DNA of 64,000 nt, taken from contig JAUYBI010000045.1 in NCBI GenBank assembly GCA_030693145.1, positions 4,591 to 68,590 of the forward strand, read 5' to 3'. Positions 1 through 11,100 of this stretch are shown one piece after another. Numbering within the stretch: the first letter of the stretch is position 1; each line of letters begins with the position of its first letter. The notes under the pieces were generated by a model. The model saw only the letters and a program-made list of their open reading frames with translations, ran no database searches and was not told the DNA's origin. Position numbers and translations under genes: made by a program. This DNA comes from Candidatus Omnitrophota bacterium. Lineage in GTDB: Bacteria; Omnitrophota; Gorgyraeia; Gygaellales; Profunditerraquicolaceae.

Positions 1-512
1 ATTATAAAATTGTTTTTTATTTTCCGCCGTAAAAATAATGCCTCCTTAGCCGAACAAACCACGCCATCTAACCCGCAGGCTAGCCCCTGTCTTGCTAACG
101 CCAGAACTTCTTCCGGCTTTGTTTTCTGACTGGTCAAAACTGTGACTCCAATCAATAAAGGCCTGGGCATTTTCAGAGTTTCTGCCTGACGCGTTGCTGA
201 CTCTACCGCGGCCTTGAGCATTTCTTGGCCGCCTAAAATATGCAAAGTAAGCATTTTCACCTTGAGCCTTACCGCTGCGGCTACCGCGCCGGCAACGGTA
301 TTGGGAATATCAAAATATTTAAGATCCAAAAAAACCTCAGCGCATTTTTTATGCAACCGTTCAACAATCTTCGGTCCGTAAGCAGTAAAAAGGCGGCTGC
401 CAACCTTAAAGATCTTTATCTTGGGGTAAAGCTTATCCACAAAACCTTCAGCCTCTTGGAGCGTATCTACATCTAAAGCCAGAATGATCTGGGGATTGCT
501 TAATCTTGGCAC
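1..512 (-). CDS. pyrF: Orotidine 5'-phosphate decarboxylase (partial; the C-terminus runs off the window edge)
   Basis: The minus-strand translation from a GTG at 512 reads VPRLSNPQIILALDVD...FLDLKYFDIPNT...LIGVTVLTSQ, which matches the OMP decarboxylase active-site motifs. The start codon is uncertain and overlaps the pyrD 3' end. Confidence 0.6.
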   Translation of the reverse strand, partial: MPRLSNPQIILALDVDTLQEAEGFVDKLYPKIKIFKVGSRLFTAYGPKIVERLHKKCAEVFLDLKYFDIPNTVAGAVAAAVRLKVKMLTLHILGGQEMLKAAVESATRQAETLKMPRPLLIGVTVLTSQKTKPEEVLALARQGLACGLDGVVCSAKEALFLRRKIKNNFI

Positions 513-1435
513 GCTCTTAATTTTCCGGTAAGCTGGCTTAAATTCTGTAGATTATTATCCAGCATATACTGCTCTAACCCAGCGATGATCTTCAGGCTTG
601 CTTGGGGGTCAATAAAATTTGCCGTTCCCACACTGACCGCCGCGGCTCCGGCGATAAAAAACTCTAAAGCACTTTCGGTATCCATTATACCACCCATACC
701 AATAATGGGAATCTGAATCTTATTATACGCCTCCCAAACCATCTTCACCGCCACCGGCCTGATTGCCGGCCCGCTTAAACCACCAACCCAGTTACCTAAT
801 TTAGGAATACGTTTATGCACATCTATACTCATACCGCCAAGCGTATTCACCAAAGCCAACGCATCCGTCCCTGCATTCTGCGCCGCCAGGGCGATTTCAG
901 TAATCGAAGCCACATTCGGCGACAACTTAGTAATTAAGCATTTTTCTGTAAGCTTGCGCGCCGCGCTGACTAATGCCAAGGTATCTGCGGCGTCCTGAGA
1001 AATTAGTTTATTCTTCTGCAAGTTCGGACAGGATATATTTAATTCGATTGCGGATACTTCGGGAATCCGGTCTAATCGTTTGACGAGAATGGCAAATTCA
1101 TCCGGGGTTTCTTCGGCGGCAATACTGACAATCACCGGAATGCCCAGCGACTTCAGAAAAGGAAGTTTCTCCTGGATAAACCTATCTATACCGGGATTTT
1201 CCAGGCCGATAGAATTAAGCATCCCGGCGGGGGTTTCACAGGTGCGCGGGGGGAGGTTTCCCTGACGCGCTTTCACCGTAATCGTTTTAGTAACAATTGC
1301 TCCCAATTTTCTTAAATCAATAAAATCCTCAAATTCCTGCGCGTAACCAAATGTCCCGGAGGCCACCATCACCGGATTTTTCAAATCCAGATTTCCTATT
1401 TTTACGCTTAAATTTGGCTGCTTTGGCTTTACCAT
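500..1435 (-). CDS. pyrD: Dihydroorotate dehydrogenase catalytic subunit (class 1B)
   Basis: The 311-aa protein MVKPKQPNLSVKIGNLDLKNPVMVASGTFGY... has the typical PyrD TIM-barrel motifs and overlaps pyrK by 7 nt. Confidence 0.9.
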   Translation of the reverse strand: MVKPKQPNLSVKIGNLDLKNPVMVASGTFGYAQEFEDFIDLRKLGAIVTKTITVKARQGNLPPRTCETPAGMLNSIGLENPGIDRFIQEKLPFLKSLGIPVIVSIAAEETPDEFAILVKRLDRIPEVSAIELNISCPNLQKNKLISQDAADTLALVSAARKLTEKCLITKLSPNVASITEIALAAQNAGTDALALVNTLGGMSIDVHKRIPKLGNWVGGLSGPAIRPVAVKMVWEAYNKIQIPIIGMGGIMDTESALEFFIAGAAAVSVGTANFIDPQASLKIIAGLEQYMLDNNLQNLSQLTGKLRACQD

Positions 1436-2205
1436 ATTAATTCCTCACCGGAGAAAACCGGGCCATCCTTACAAACAGTTTTATAACCGGCCTTGGTCGC
1501 AACCGCGCAGCCTAAACAAGCTCCCAATCCGCAAGCCATATGCTCCTCTAAAGAAAGCTGCGCGTTAATTTTATATTCATTAACAATCTCGGCAACAGCT
1601 TTTAACATCAAGTGCGGCCCACAGGAGAATACCTGCGTGGGCTTGGCCTGCTCTAAAATAATTTTGAACAAATCCGTAACCCTGCCCTTAAATCCCAGCG
1701 AACCGTCATCCGTAGCTAATTTCAATGCACAACCCAGCGCCTTAAATTCCCGGGTACACAGAATTTCTTTTTTTGTTCTGGCGCCGATTAAAACCAAAGG
1801 TTTGGTCTTTTTTAGTTTCTCGGCTAAAAAGGCCAGCGGCGCGACCCCTATCCCCCCGGCAATCAAAATATTTTTAACTCCCCTTGATTCCGCCGGGCGC
1901 GGATAAATAAAACCATTACCCAACGGGCCGATAACATCTAAAAATTCTCCGGGTTTTTTCCCGGACAAAGCCCGGGTACCTTCGCCGATAATTTCATAGA
2001 TAATCTTGACTTTGCCGGCTTTAGCTCCATGAATACTAATCGGCCTCCTCAATAAAGGCGCCGGCCCATCGGTTACTCTGATATTTACAAATTGGCCCGC
2101 AACCGCATACTTGGCAATCAGGCCGGATTCAAATTCTAAATGCCAATAATTCCCGCTCAGTCTTTGATTAGAAATTATTTTAGCTTTAATTTGCGCTGCT
2201 TTCAC
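1429..2205 (-). CDS. pyrK: Dihydroorotate dehydrogenase electron-transfer subunit (FAD/2Fe-2S)
   Basis: The 258-aa protein has a ferredoxin-reductase-like fold and a C-terminal CGLGACLGC cluster-binding cysteine motif, and sits immediately upstream of pyrD. Confidence 0.85.
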   Translation of the reverse strand: MKAAQIKAKIISNQRLSGNYWHLEFESGLIAKYAVAGQFVNIRVTDGPAPLLRRPISIHGAKAGKVKIIYEIIGEGTRALSGKKPGEFLDVIGPLGNGFIYPRPAESRGVKNILIAGGIGVAPLAFLAEKLKKTKPLVLIGARTKKEILCTREFKALGCALKLATDDGSLGFKGRVTDLFKIILEQAKPTQVFSCGPHLMLKAVAEIVNEYKINAQLSLEEHMACGLGACLGCAVATKAGYKTVCKDGPVFSGEELIW

Positions 2206-2242
2206 CCAGCCCTTCTTTCTTTATTTTCTCCAACCGTTCTTT

Positions 2243-2950
2243 TTATTTTTTAGAAGGGATGGGTTCATCTCTTTTGTTTATCCGCTTATTAAGTAAAATT
2301 ACAAAAATTATGAATAAAGCCAAGGTCAAAAATATCCACCTGGATTGTTGAAGATAGCCCCTAAATCCTACCTTGGCAATATCCTCCCAAGACTCTACCA
2401 GCAAAGTAAATAAAAGCAGCGTAAAGATCGCGCCAATTTCTTTTTTAAACCAGATTAGCCTGATCGGTAAATATTCAATGATGTCTAATTTGATTACGCT
2501 GGATAACGCGGGAAAAATCCGGGGGACTTTTTGGCAATATTCCGGATAGGCCTGCGGAAACATCGCGCCAAGCTTTTTTTCCTCCTTGTAAATAAGTAAA
2601 ATATAGCGCAAAATAAAAACTACAACAAAAACTGCTGCTGCCCACCACTTGAATATCGCCAAGATTACCCCCAGGCCGATCAAAAATATTCCCAGATACA
2701 TCGGATTGCGGACCACCTGATAAGGGCCGCCCTGGATTAACGCCTGGCTATCCCGGGAATGCTCGGCTTTATACCCCCGCGCTGAAACTCGAATGATTTG
2801 CCCCAAAAGAATAAGGGCAAAACCCAAAGCCTCTAAAATCTCTTCGCGGATACCTCCGGAATAAGCCCGCAAAAAAAATCTGGGGAAAAATGCAATCACC
2901 AAAGCAGTAAAAGTCATGATTATCCCATTAACCTTGAGGCGTTTTTTCAC
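2243..2950 (-). CDS. Isoprenylcysteine carboxyl methyltransferase (ICMT/PEMT)-family membrane methyltransferase
   Basis: The 235-aa polytopic membrane protein carries the VVRNPMYLG motif characteristic of the ICMT/PEMT methyltransferase family. Confidence 0.55.
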   Translation of the reverse strand: MKKRLKVNGIIMTFTALVIAFFPRFFLRAYSGGIREEILEALGFALILLGQIIRVSARGYKAEHSRDSQALIQGGPYQVVRNPMYLGIFLIGLGVILAIFKWWAAAVFVVVFILRYILLIYKEEKKLGAMFPQAYPEYCQKVPRIFPALSSVIKLDIIEYLPIRLIWFKKEIGAIFTLLLFTLLVESWEDIAKVGFRGYLQQSRWIFLTLALFIIFVILLNKRINKRDEPIPSKK

Positions 2951-3020
2951 TTTCCTCTTTCCTTTCCTGATCTAAATAAACACAAAAAATAATAGCGTAA
3001 CAAACCTTACTAATTTTCAG

Positions 3021-3050
3021 CAGTAGGGGAGGTTTAAACCTCCCCTACTG
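3021..3050. repeat. Palindromic hairpin element CAGTAGGGGAGGTTTAAACCTCCCCTACTG (family copy 1)
   Basis: A perfect inverted repeat with 10-bp arms around a TTTAAA centre lies between the fpg stop and the ICMT gene start. The same element recurs at 9 other sites in the window. Confidence 0.9.
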
Positions 3051-3067
3051 TAATTAATAACGTACTT

Positions 3068-3871
3068 CTAACGGGATTGACACTTGGGACAAAAATAAGT
3101 CCCTCTGCCCCCTTGAGCAATTCTTTCCACCGGACTTGAGCAAACAAAACAAGGCTTGCCGCTCCGCCCATAAACCCGATGAAAACGCGCATAGTCTCCA
3201 TTTTTCCCGGAAACCCGCACATAATCATCTACCGAGGAGCCCCCGTGTTTAATCGCGCTATTTAATACCTTGATCATTTCTTGATAGAGGGCACCCTGTT
3301 CTTTTTGGCTTAAACTTTGGGCCTGCCGCTGAGGATTAATTTTCGCCCGAAATAGAATTTCCGAAGCATAAATATTTCCGATGCCGGAAATAAATGACTG
3401 CTCCATCAACAGGGGTTTAATCCTAGTTTTTCTCTTAGCAAGCATATCTTTAAAATCAGCAGAAGTCAAATCAAATGGTTCCGGGCCAAGCCGCTGAACA
3501 AATTCCAGTTTTTTCCAATCGTTAACTAAACGCAGCTCCCCAAATAAGCGCTGATCATTAAAATCTAAAACCATGCCTCCATCCAGAACAAAAGCCACCC
3601 GGCTGTTTTTAGATCCTCCGGGAGTCACCAGTTGTCCGGTCATTTTGAAGTGCATCGTCAAAAATTTACCGTGGGATAATTCTAAAATCAACAGTTTCCC
3701 TCGGCGGAAAACACGCTTAATCCTCAAGCCCTCCAGAGACCTCTTAAATACTGCCGGAGCAGGCTGGCGGATCACCTTGGGATTATGTATCAACACCCGG
3801 ACAATCTTCTTGCCACAGGCTATCTTCTGCAGATCAGTTTTAATTGTTTCGACTTCCGGCAGTTCCGGCAT
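3068..3871 (-). CDS. mutM: Formamidopyrimidine-DNA glycosylase
   Basis: The N-terminus MPELPEVE carries the catalytic Pro2/Glu3, and the C-terminus has the zinc finger CFVCSSPV...CPKCQ. Confidence 0.9.
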   Translation of the reverse strand: MPELPEVETIKTDLQKIACGKKIVRVLIHNPKVIRQPAPAVFKRSLEGLRIKRVFRRGKLLILELSHGKFLTMHFKMTGQLVTPGGSKNSRVAFVLDGGMVLDFNDQRLFGELRLVNDWKKLEFVQRLGPEPFDLTSADFKDMLAKRKTRIKPLLMEQSFISGIGNIYASEILFRAKINPQRQAQSLSQKEQGALYQEMIKVLNSAIKHGGSSVDDYVRVSGKNGDYARFHRVYGRSGKPCFVCSSPVERIAQGGRGTYFCPKCQSR

Positions 3872-3880
3872 AAACCTAAC

Positions 3881-6800
3881 CTATTTGACCTTCTTACACT
3901 TCATTTTATGGTACTCTTGTAATGATTTCACGCCTAAATCTTTTTTAATCAACATCTCAATACCGTTTACCGTTGCCTGCGCTCCAAAAATCGTGGTGGT
4001 ATAAGGTATGTTATAAAGAACAACCTGGGAGCGAATTTTTACTTCATCCTGCCGCGGTATCCTGCCGGAAGGAGTATTAATCACCATCTGAATCTTGCCG
4101 TCTTTCATCAAATCCAGGATATTTGGCCGGCCTTCGTTAATTTTAGGCAGGACTTTAGCGGGTATATTATTTTTCTCCAGAACCGAAGCTGTGCCGCTAG
4201 AGGCAAAAATATTAAACCCTAGATCTTTGAGTTTCTTCGCAATAAAGGCGATGTCTCTTTTATCCCGGTCATGCACTGAGATAAAAACATTGCCGCTTTT
4301 GGGAACTTTTTGTCCTGCGGCAATCTGGCTTTTAATATAAGCGCTGGCAAAATCCATATCAATTCCCAGCACCTCACCGGTTGATTTCATCTCCGGGCCG
4401 AGCATCACATCTACACCCGGAAAACGGTTAAAAGGAAATACGGATTCTTTCACCGCCACATACGGCGGGATTACTTCTTCGGTAAAGCCCAAATCCTTAA
4501 GTTTCTTACCTAACATAACTTTTGTGGCCAACTTGGCTAAAGGCACTCCAATAACTTTAGAAACTAAAGGCACGGTACGGGAAGCGCGCGGGTTTACCTC
4601 TAACACATAGACCTTAGCGTCTTTAACCGCGTACTGCACATTCATTAAACCAATAATATTCAACTCTTTGGCTAAGCGATAGGAAGCCTCTCTTAGTTTT
4701 TTCAAAATATCCGGGCCCAGTGTATGCGTAGGTAAGGACATCGCCGCATCCCCTGAATGCACTCCCGCCTGTTCAATATGTTCCAAAATCCCGCCGATCA
4801 CAAAGGTTTCGCCGTCTCCGATTAAATCCACATCCACCTCAATAGCATCTTCTAAAAATTTATCAATCAATATCGGATGTTCGCCAGAAACTTCAGCGGC
4901 TTCCTGAATAAATTTTTCCAACAACTCTTCCTCATAAACAATCTCCATTGCCCGGCCGCCTAAAACATAGGAGGGCCTGACTAATACCGGATAGCCAATA
5001 TCCCTGGCGACTTTCTGCGCCTCGGCGAAAGTAAAAACCGTTCCGCTATTTGGCTGCAGGAGCCCTAACTTATCAATCAATTGTTTAAAACGCTTGCGGT
5101 CTTCGGCAATATCAATGTTTTCGGAGCTGGTGCCTAAAATATTTACTCCTGCCGCACGTAAAGCCACCGCCAGATTAATCGGGGTTTGCCCTCCAAACTG
5201 CACAATGACACCTAAGGGTTTTTCTACCTCCAGAATATTCATGATATCTTCAAAAGTCAGCGGTTCAAAATAGAGCCGGTCAGAAGTATCATAGTCCGTA
5301 GAAACCGTCTCCGGGTTACAATTAACCATAACACTATCTACCCCTTCTTCTTTAAGCGCATAGGCAGCGTGGCAACAGCAATAATCAAACTCAATGCCTT
5401 GGCCAATCCTGTTCGGGCCTCCTCCTAAGATTACCACTTTCTTATTTTTGCTTGGCCTGGCCTCATCTTTGGTCTCTTGAGTTGAATAAAAATAGGGCTG
5501 CTTGGCATTAAATTCTCCGGCGCAAGTATCCACTAATTTATACGCGGGCTTGACGCTGCTTTTTTTGCGTAGCTGTTTCACCTTTGCCTCCTTGGTATTC
5601 AAAAGAAAAGCAAGTTGAATATCAGAAAACCCGTCGGCCTTGGCTTGCGTTAATAATTCGGCAGGCATTTTCGGTTCCTCATCTACCAACTCATTCCTAT
5701 ATTGTTTAATTTTCTCCTCCAGCTCTACCAGTTGTTTCATATTCTGCAAAAACCAGCGGTCGATGCGGCTAAGTGCAAAAATTTCATCTATACTTAAACC
5801 TGCCTTTAACGCGTACCTTAAATAGAATAGCCTTTCATCATTGGGAATCCGGATCTTATCTTCAATCTGCTTAAATAAGAGCGCGTCCGGATTTTTAAGC
5901 ATGGCGTCGGTAATTTTATCTTTACCGTCTGCGCCAAAGCCAAAGCGTTTAATTTCCAGCGAGCGTATTCCTTTTTGCAAGGCCTCTTTAAAATTTCTAC
6001 CAATCGACATTGCTTCTCCTACCGCCTTCATGGAAGTATTCAAGGCCCTTTCGGCATGAGGGAATTTTTCGAAAGTAAACCGGCAAATTTTAAACACGCA
6101 ATAATCTATTGTCGGCTCAAAAAAGGAGGTAGTTTTACCGGTAACCTGGTTCATTACTTCCGGTAAAGTTAAACCTACGGCTAATTTGGTCGCTACCCGG
6201 GCAATCGGGAATCCCGTGGCTTTAGAGGCCAGGGCTGAAGAACGCGAAAGCCTGGGATTAACTTCGATAATCACAATCTTTCCGTTGTCCGGGTTCTGGC
6301 CAAACTGAATATTGGCTCCACCACCGGAAATACCAATCTTACGAATAATCTTTTTGCAAAGATAAACAAAGTCCGTGTACTCCTGAAGAGTAAGCGTCTG
6401 GGCAGGGGCCACCACAATGCTGTCTCCGGTATGCACCCCCATCGGATCAATATTTTCCATAGAGGTGATCATAATTACATTATCCACGCAATCGCGCATA
6501 ACCTCAAATTCAATCTCTTTCCAGCCTAAAACTGATTGCTCAACTAATACCTGATGTACCGGGCTGGTCTGGATTCCTTTGGATAACAGCGTCTCCAGCT
6601 CTTCTTGATTGTAAGCGATCCCCCCTCCGCTGCCGCCCAAACAATAAGCCGGCCGCAAGATTAAAGGAAAGCCAATCTCTAAACCTATTTTCATTCCTTC
6701 TTTAACCGATCTGGCAATACCGCTTTTAGGCATATCCACGCCGATCTCCTGCATGGCTTGCTTAAAAAGGTCCCGATCCTCAGCACAGGCAATCGCCTCT

Positions 6801-7159
6801 ACCGATGCGCCGATAGATTCTACTTTGTATTTTTTCAACACCCCTTGTTTCATCAGAAAAAATGCCAAGTTTAATGCTGTTTGTCCGCCGAGAGTAGGCA
6901 AGAGCGCATCCGGCCTTTCCTTGGCGATGATCTTGGTTAAAATATCAACATTCAAGGGCTCGATATAAGTCACATCCGCCATCCCCGGATCAGTCATAAT
7001 GGTTGCCGGATTAGAATTTACCAGGATGGTAAAATAACCTTCCTCTCTCAAGGCTTTGCAGGCTTGGCTTCCGGAATAATCAAATTCACATGCCTGGCCG
7101 ATAACTATGGGCCCGGAACCAATCATTAAAACCTTTTTAAAATCTTTGCGCCTGGGCAT
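3881..7159 (-). CDS. carB: Carbamoyl-phosphate synthase large subunit
   Basis: The 1092-aa protein has duplicated ATP-grasp halves and an N-terminal [25 protein letters not shown]. Confidence 0.95.
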   Translation of the reverse strand: MPRRKDFKKVLMIGSGPIVIGQACEFDYSGSQACKALREEGYFTILVNSNPATIMTDPGMADVTYIEPLNVDILTKIIAKERPDALLPTLGGQTALNLAFFLMKQGVLKKYKVESIGASVEAIACAEDRDLFKQAMQEIGVDMPKSGIARSVKEGMKIGLEIGFPLILRPAYCLGGSGGGIAYNQEELETLLSKGIQTSPVHQVLVEQSVLGWKEIEFEVMRDCVDNVIMITSMENIDPMGVHTGDSIVVAPAQTLTLQEYTDFVYLCKKIIRKIGISGGGANIQFGQNPDNGKIVIIEVNPRLSRSSALASKATGFPIARVATKLAVGLTLPEVMNQVTGKTTSFFEPTIDYCVFKICRFTFEKFPHAERALNTSMKAVGEAMSIGRNFKEALQKGIRSLEIKRFGFGADGKDKITDAMLKNPDALLFKQIEDKIRIPNDERLFYLRYALKAGLSIDEIFALSRIDRWFLQNMKQLVELEEKIKQYRNELVDEEPKMPAELLTQAKADGFSDIQLAFLLNTKEAKVKQLRKKSSVKPAYKLVDTCAGEFNAKQPYFYSTQETKDEARPSKNKKVVILGGGPNRIGQGIEFDYCCCHAAYALKEEGVDSVMVNCNPETVSTDYDTSDRLYFEPLTFEDIMNILEVEKPLGVIVQFGGQTPINLAVALRAAGVNILGTSSENIDIAEDRKRFKQLIDKLGLLQPNSGTVFTFAEAQKVARDIGYPVLVRPSYVLGGRAMEIVYEEELLEKFIQEAAEVSGEHPILIDKFLEDAIEVDVDLIGDGETFVIGGILEHIEQAGVHSGDAAMSLPTHTLGPDILKKLREASYRLAKELNIIGLMNVQYAVKDAKVYVLEVNPRASRTVPLVSKVIGVPLAKLATKVMLGKKLKDLGFTEEVIPPYVAVKESVFPFNRFPGVDVMLGPEMKSTGEVLGIDMDFASAYIKSQIAAGQKVPKSGNVFISVHDRDKRDIAFIAKKLKDLGFNIFASSGTASVLEKNNIPAKVLPKINEGRPNILDLMKDGKIQMVINTPSGRIPRQDEVKIRSQVVLYNIPYTTTIFGAQATVNGIEMLIKKDLGVKSLQEYHKMKCKKVK

Positions 7160-7161
7160 CT

Positions 7162-8256
7162 TTATCTCCTTGCCTGCCTGCCCTTAGGCAGGCCTAATAG
7201 TTTGCTAAATTTTATTAATATCGCGCTGGCTTGATTAAAACCCGCGCTTACGGGATTATACGCAACCGCGATCATCTTTAATTTTTTGCTTTCAATTTCC
7301 TCTATCGTATGATCATTTAAATTATAGGCCGTGACTTTTATTTCTTTTATTTTATGCAATGAATTATTATCCAGGACATACGCGTGATTCTGAACAGTAA
7401 TTTCGCCTTTAAAGGTGCCTGGCCTGGCGATCGGATAATTTACTCCTCGATGCCCAAACTTTAAACGGATTAGTTGTACGCCTAAAGCCTTGGCTAAAAC
7501 CTGGCCTCCGGTAGCCACTCCCAACAAAGGCAGCTTTCCGATCAGGGGTTTTATATTCTGCGCTACTGTTTCTAAACCGCAATCATTTTCCGGGCCGCTG
7601 GATAGCACTAAACCTTTAGGCTTAGAGCCTAAAATTTGCTTGGCGCTGGCATTATAAGGAAACACCGTCAGAGAGAAGCCTAATGTTTCTAATTGCCTCA
7701 TCAGGCCGGAAGTTACTCCTAAATCTAAAACCGCAATTTTGGCGCCTCTGGCTTTACCTAAAGAATACAACTTTTGCACGGATACCTCTGCCAGCTTGGT
7801 TTTTATGGGTTGCTGCTTAAATTTGTTTATCTTATCCAATAATTTCTGGGGATCAAACTCCAGCGTAGAAATAATTCCAATTAATGGCCCCTTCTCCCGC
7901 AAGTACACAGTCAGGGTACGCGTATCGAGATTATAAATTGCTGGTTTTTTATGCGCTTTGAGAAAATCATCTAAACTGGATTCAGCCTGCCAGTTAGAAT
8001 ACATTTTACTTTTTTCCTTCATCACCAAACCGCTTACCCAAACTTTTGTTGATTCACTGAATTTGGGAGCACACCCGTAATTGCCAATTAAGGGATAAGT
8101 AAATACCAAAATTTTCCCGGCGTTAGCCGGATCCGTAATCATCTCCTGGTATCCAACTACCGCCGTATTAATAATTACTTCTCCAAAGCACTCTGCCTCA
8201 AGGTCGCTCTCAGCATTAAAACTTTTACCATCCTCTAAGCATAAGATTGCTTTCAT
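7162..8256 (-). CDS. carA: Carbamoyl-phosphate synthase small (glutaminase) subunit
   Basis: The 364-aa protein has the CarA N-domain ([20 protein letters not shown]) followed by a class I glutamine amidotransferase domain, and lies directly upstream of carB. Confidence 0.93.
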   Translation of the reverse strand: MKAILCLEDGKSFNAESDLEAECFGEVIINTAVVGYQEMITDPANAGKILVFTYPLIGNYGCAPKFSESTKVWVSGLVMKEKSKMYSNWQAESSLDDFLKAHKKPAIYNLDTRTLTVYLREKGPLIGIISTLEFDPQKLLDKINKFKQQPIKTKLAEVSVQKLYSLGKARGAKIAVLDLGVTSGLMRQLETLGFSLTVFPYNASAKQILGSKPKGLVLSSGPENDCGLETVAQNIKPLIGKLPLLGVATGGQVLAKALGVQLIRLKFGHRGVNYPIARPGTFKGEITVQNHAYVLDNNSLHKIKEIKVTAYNLNDHTIEEIESKKLKMIAVAYNPVSAGFNQASAILIKFSKLLGLPKGRQARR

Positions 8257-8415
8257 AAGTAAATTACTCCTGTTTTTAAGGTGCTGGTTGTAACCTTTGC
8301 TCCACTTTTACCTTTTTTAAGCCTGTAAAAATTGATACTTGCACCACTTTACTTGATTTTATGCCTAAATTGTGGGTTTATTGCCTACTTCCGTTATTAT
8401 GAGCTACCCACAACC

Positions 8416-8441
8416 GTAGGGGAGGTTTAAACCTCCCCTAC
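8416..8441. repeat. Palindromic hairpin element GTAGGGGAGGTTTAAACCTCCCCTAC (family copy 2)
   Basis: A perfect 26-bp palindrome lies between tRNA-Arg and the carA start. Confidence 0.9.
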
Positions 8442-8456
8442 TGGCTGCTTTATTAC

Positions 8457-8528
8457 TGCCCCTGACAGGAGTCGAACCTGTACCACTAGCTCCGGAGGCT
8501 AATGCGCTATCCATTGCGCTACAGGGGC
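8457..8528 (-). tRNA. tRNA-Arg (anticodon CCG)
   Basis: The minus-strand sequence GCCCCTGTAGCGCAATGGATAGCGCATTAGCCTCCGGAGCTAGTGGTACAGGTTCGACTCCTGTCAGGGGCA folds as a cloverleaf with a GTTCGA T-loop and the anticodon loop CTCCGGA. CCA is not encoded. Confidence 0.8.
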
Positions 8529-8581
8529 ATTTCGATTATATTCAATTCCCCTACCCTGAGCTTGTCGAAGGGCAGGGGGCG

Positions 8582-9823
8582 TTAAAATAAACTTAGCTGC
8601 TGCTCGCTTTTTTTCTGCTGCTCATTGTCGTCAAATATAGAGATTATTCCGTATTCACCGTCAAATCCCGCTTTAATATTAACCTTGCCTGCGCGCATGC
8701 GCAAAACACCCTCGACAACTTTGGGAGGCAGGTTCCTAAGCAGCTCCTCTTTTGAAACTTTAAGCAGAACATCAAACTCTGTTTTAAATTTAGTTAAATA
8801 ACTGTGGTAGTCTCTTTCTACATTTATAGAAGCTTTGCCCACACCCCTGGCTTCAGCGATTATCTCGGCAAATGGAATTAAATTCTTAAAAGGAATTGCG
8901 TTATCCGGTTTAAATCCTTCCGGGCGATCGGCCAATTTCTCCACCCGATTAAGCACGCCGACAGTAACCGGTTTGCCGCACTTAGGGCATTTTCCATTAT
9001 GATCTTTAGTCTCTTGGGGCGACCAGCGAAGGCCACAGAGGCGGTGCCCGTCAAAATGGTATTTACCTTCTTCGGGAAAAAATTCAATCGTAGATAAGAA
9101 TCTTTTCTTATCTTTGGTTTTCAAAACCTCGCGGATAGTTTTATAATCCAACTCGCAATTAAAAACATTGGCCTCCCGGCCGATTTTCTGCGGCGAATGC
9201 GCATCGCTGTTAGAAATCAGCGTAAACCTGTCCAAAGCGCTGAGCCTCCAATTCATGGCCGGATCGCTGGATAACCCGGTCTCTAAGGCGAATATTTTTG
9301 ATGTTTGTTCTTCAAAGCAATCTTCAATCTTATCAAATCCGGACATCGAACCAAACAAGCTAAACCAGGGTGTCCAAATATGCCCCGGGACAATCAGGCA
9401 ATTCTCATCAATATCAAATACAATCCGCGCAAGCTCCGCGGCAGGCAGGCCGATGATTGGCCGGCCGTCGCTGGATAAATTTGCTCCGCGCCGGGAGAGT
9501 GCATTATTAATTTTATCCACGACCGCGAAAGAAGGAGCAAAAATGAGGTTATGAATACGGTAGCCTTTTCCCCCTTTAGAATAAATACTGCTGATTTCCG
9601 CGGTAAGCATAAAATAAACATCAGCGTGTTTAAACAAACCGTTTCCGCAATCTTCCAATGTATGCTTTAACTCTTCTAACCACAAATGATGGGTAAAATC
9701 ACCGGTACCCATTAAGGTTATGCCTTTTAATTTTGCCCACTGCGCCAAATGTGTAACATCCATATCGCGGCTGGTGGCCCGGGAGTATTTAGAGTGAATA
9801 TGAAAATCAGCAATAAATTCCAT
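8582..9823 (-). CDS. PHP-domain nuclease, endonuclease Q-like (TIGR00375-type)
   Basis: The N-terminus has the PHP histidine motif (FIADFHIHSKYSRATS), and the C-terminal part has a zinc ribbon (GKCPKCGKP). The length (about 413-424 aa) matches the EndoQ family. The start is taken at the internal ATG at 9823, which immediately follows the PHP motif, because the track start at 9856 overlaps pyrC. Confidence 0.5.
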   Translation of the reverse strand: MEFIADFHIHSKYSRATSRDMDVTHLAQWAKLKGITLMGTGDFTHHLWLEELKHTLEDCGNGLFKHADVYFMLTAEISSIYSKGGKGYRIHNLIFAPSFAVVDKINNALSRRGANLSSDGRPIIGLPAAELARIVFDIDENCLIVPGHIWTPWFSLFGSMSGFDKIEDCFEEQTSKIFALETGLSSDPAMNWRLSALDRFTLISNSDAHSPQKIGREANVFNCELDYKTIREVLKTKDKKRFLSTIEFFPEEGKYHFDGHRLCGLRWSPQETKDHNGKCPKCGKPVTVGVLNRVEKLADRPEGFKPDNAIPFKNLIPFAEIIAEARGVGKASINVERDYHSYLTKFKTEFDVLLKVSKEELLRNLPPKVVEGVLRMRAGKVNIKAGFDGEYGIISIFDDNEQQKKSEQQLSLF

Positions 9824-9825
9824 GT

Positions 9826-11100
9826 TTACCTTTGATAGGCTATTATTCCATTGCAAATTGTGTAATCCACCAATCCCTTTAAGCAGCTCCCCAAAAATGG
9901 AGAATTCTTGGATTTAGAAACCAGCGCTGGTTTATCTACTATCCAGGATTGTTGATCTGAAATTATCACCACATCCGCAAAGCTGCCCGCGGTTAATCTT
10001 CCCCTGTCTAGCCCTAATATCCGCGCAGGATTTAAACAGAACCTGGTGATTAACCCCGGCCAATCCAGGACCTGCTTATTTATTAATTCCGTTATGCTCA
10101 CGGAAAGCTCGGTTTCCAACCCCACTACGCCAAACTCTGCGCGTTCAAACTCAATATCTTTTTCATTCTCGGTATGCGGAGCATGATCCGAAGCGATAGC
10201 ATCAATACTGCCATCCTTTAATCCCTGTTTTATCGCGATAAGATCCTCTTTGCTTCTTAAGGGCGGATTCATTTTCATATTCGTGTCGTATCCTAAAAGC
10301 GCGTCTTCAGTAAGCGTAAAATAGTGGGGGGCTGTTTCACAAGTTACCTGAACACCTGTTTTTTTAGCTTTAGCGATTATCTCAACCGACTCCCGGCAAC
10401 TAACATGAGCAATATGCACCGCGGCTGCGGAATTCTTGGCTAACTCGATATCTCTGCGGACGCGCTTATACTCTGATTCATTAGATATGCCGCGCAAACC
10501 CAAACGCGTAGAATTAAAACCCAAATTGATTACCCCTTTGCCTGAAAGTTTTTTATCCTCAGCGTGGCAGATCGTTAAAAGGCCGGCTTGTTTTGCTTTT
10601 TTGAGCGCCTCCAACATCAACTCATCGCTATCCACCGAGCATCCATCATCTGATATAGCGTAAACCCCGCTTTTCTTCAGCGCGGCGATATCGCTTAACT
10701 CTTGACCTAAACGGCCCTTAGTGATTGTTCCGCAAATAAGCACATTCACTTTCGCGTCTTTACGAATTATTTCCTGCAACAACCTGACGCTCTCCGGGCA
10801 ATCCATCGCCGGCTGGGTATTGGGCATGGCTAAAACAGTAGTTACTCCGCCCTTGGCAGCAGCCAGCGTAGCCGTGGCTACTGTTTCCTTATCTTCTCTG
10901 CCGGGTTCCCGTAAATGCACATGCATATCCACAATGCCCGGAGCAACAATTTTATTGCTGGCATCAATTACAGTATCGGCACTAGAATTAATATTCTTAG
11001 CTACTTTGGATATTTTATTATTCTCAATTAAAACATCCAAGATAGCATCAATTTTATTTTCCGGGTCAATTACCCTGCCGCCTTTGATCAGTATGCTCAT
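9826..11100 (-). CDS. pyrC: Dihydroorotase
   Basis: The 424-aa amidohydrolase has the metal-binding motif DMHVHLREPG and sits between pyrB and the carA/carB genes. Confidence 0.9.
   Translation of the reverse strand: MSILIKGGRVIDPENKIDAILDVLIENNKISKVAKNINSSADTVIDASNKIVAPGIVDMHVHLREPGREDKETVATATLAAAKGGVTTVLAMPNTQPAMDCPESVRLLQEIIRKDAKVNVLICGTITKGRLGQELSDIAALKKSGVYAISDDGCSVDSDELMLEALKKAKQAGLLTICHAEDKKLSGKGVINLGFNSTRLGLRGISNESEYKRVRRDIELAKNSAAAVHIAHVSCRESVEIIAKAKKTGVQVTCETAPHYFTLTEDALLGYDTNMKMNPPLRSKEDLIAIKQGLKDGSIDAIASDHAPHTENEKDIEFERAEFGVVGLETELSVSITELINKQVLDWPGLITRFCLNPARILGLDRGRLTAGSFADVVIISDQQSWIVDKPALVSKSKNSPFLGSCLKGLVDYTICNGIIAYQR

Noticed and set aside
240-476. A 78-aa plus-strand ORF at the window start.
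   Set aside because: It is antisense to the well-supported pyrF coding sequence. It has no RBS and no family resemblance.
3573-4004. A 143-aa plus-strand ORF and other antisense ORFs inside carB, gyrA, glmS, dxs and others (e.g. 4095..4340, 18282..18725, 19083..19346, 42669..43091).
   Set aside because: All lie antisense to, or out of frame within, long conserved housekeeping genes. They are typical spurious ORFs of GC-moderate coding DNA.
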